A stretch of 64,000 bases of DNA from a virus (Duplodnaviria; Caudoviricetes), in the IMG/VR virus record IMGVR_UViG_3300048503_000021, positions 32,254-96,253 of that record; one strand, written 5' to 3'. Positions within the stretch are counted from its first letter, which is position 1. Each line of letters opens with the position of its first letter. Below the pieces are notes generated by a model that saw nothing but the letters and a program-made list of their open reading frames with translations, made no database searches and had not been told where the DNA came from. Shown piece after piece: positions 63,430 to 64,000 of the stretch. Both the position numbers and the translations under genes were made by a program.

Positions 63430-64000
63430 GCGGAGCCGATATGTCGGCCCCTACCCAATACCTTATGCCCGTTTGGATGTGGGAGTCAAGCGGTAACTTG
63501 CTACAGCGCGTAGATTATTGCCCCTGCCCCATCCGGCCCGCCGCAAGGCGGCAGCAGCGCATCGGCTGTACTCCGATAACAGGGATAGATAAGGAGGGGA
63601 GAGAGAGGGAAGCAGAGCAAGCCCGCCACGGCATCCGCTAGCCCTAACCTTATCATTGGTAGGGCGTTAAACCCCTATATGCGCGGTCTAGCGTGGCACT
63701 CAGGCCCATCGGCCACCTCCAGACACCTCCAGACCCGCCCCGCTCGGCGCTTCGGTAGTGCGATGCGCGGCAACATAGGAGGTCGGAGAGAGAGTAACGC
63801 GCGCTCTCCCCGCCACGAACCGCAGCACCTCAAAGGTGGCATGGTGGCCCCATTGTGGCGGTACCGGGCGGATGCACCACACTTCAGCGGCTTGTATGTT
63901 GTTGATCCTATTAGGGATCTCCCGACGCGGCGCAGGGGGTGGGGGTGGTACTCGCCGGGGTGGCTGAAATTCAACAGTACTCTGCGTTGATACCACTGCT

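Noticed and set aside
63441-64000. Several overlapping ORFs at the right edge
   Set aside because: No RBS or motif support for choosing a frame, and the neighbouring region looks error-prone.

Overview
This window is a 64-kb segment of a tailed, podovirus-like dsDNA phage or prophage. Terminase, portal and capsid genes lie outside the window. A PEP-CTERM protein and signal peptides ending in Ala-Gln suggest an Acidobacteria-like Gram-negative host (inference). Bases 1-31.7 kb (+ strand) are the virion module: fibre/spike-like proteins, several with Sec-type signal peptides, three adaptor-like paralogues, a lysozyme, a tail nozzle-like protein, ejection proteins and a 2886-aa polyvalent protein with a DdrB/ParB-like domain. 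Bases 31.7-53 kb (- strand) carry glycosyl- and methyltransferases, an Acb2/Tad1-like sponge, RuvC-like, HNH, DnaB, radical SAM, PEP-CTERM, replication initiator, exonuclease, RecT-like and KTSC genes. Bases 53-64 kb are an accessory region with two TnpB cassettes, tRNA-Gln and many small, partly frameshifted genes. Four signals stand out. (1) A 14-bp quasi-palindrome GTCTNNATCCAGAC occurs 13 times, inside and between genes, and its orientation flips where transcription converges (~31.7 kb). (2) Both catalytically intact TnpBs sit behind a small ribbon-helix-helix gene missed by the ORF track, on a leaderless promoter, with no TnpA. (3) Signal peptides occur on virion-type proteins. (4) Promoter-terminator sRNA units are present, one complementary to the replication-gene leader. 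All family assignments come from motif recognition by eye; no database searches were run.
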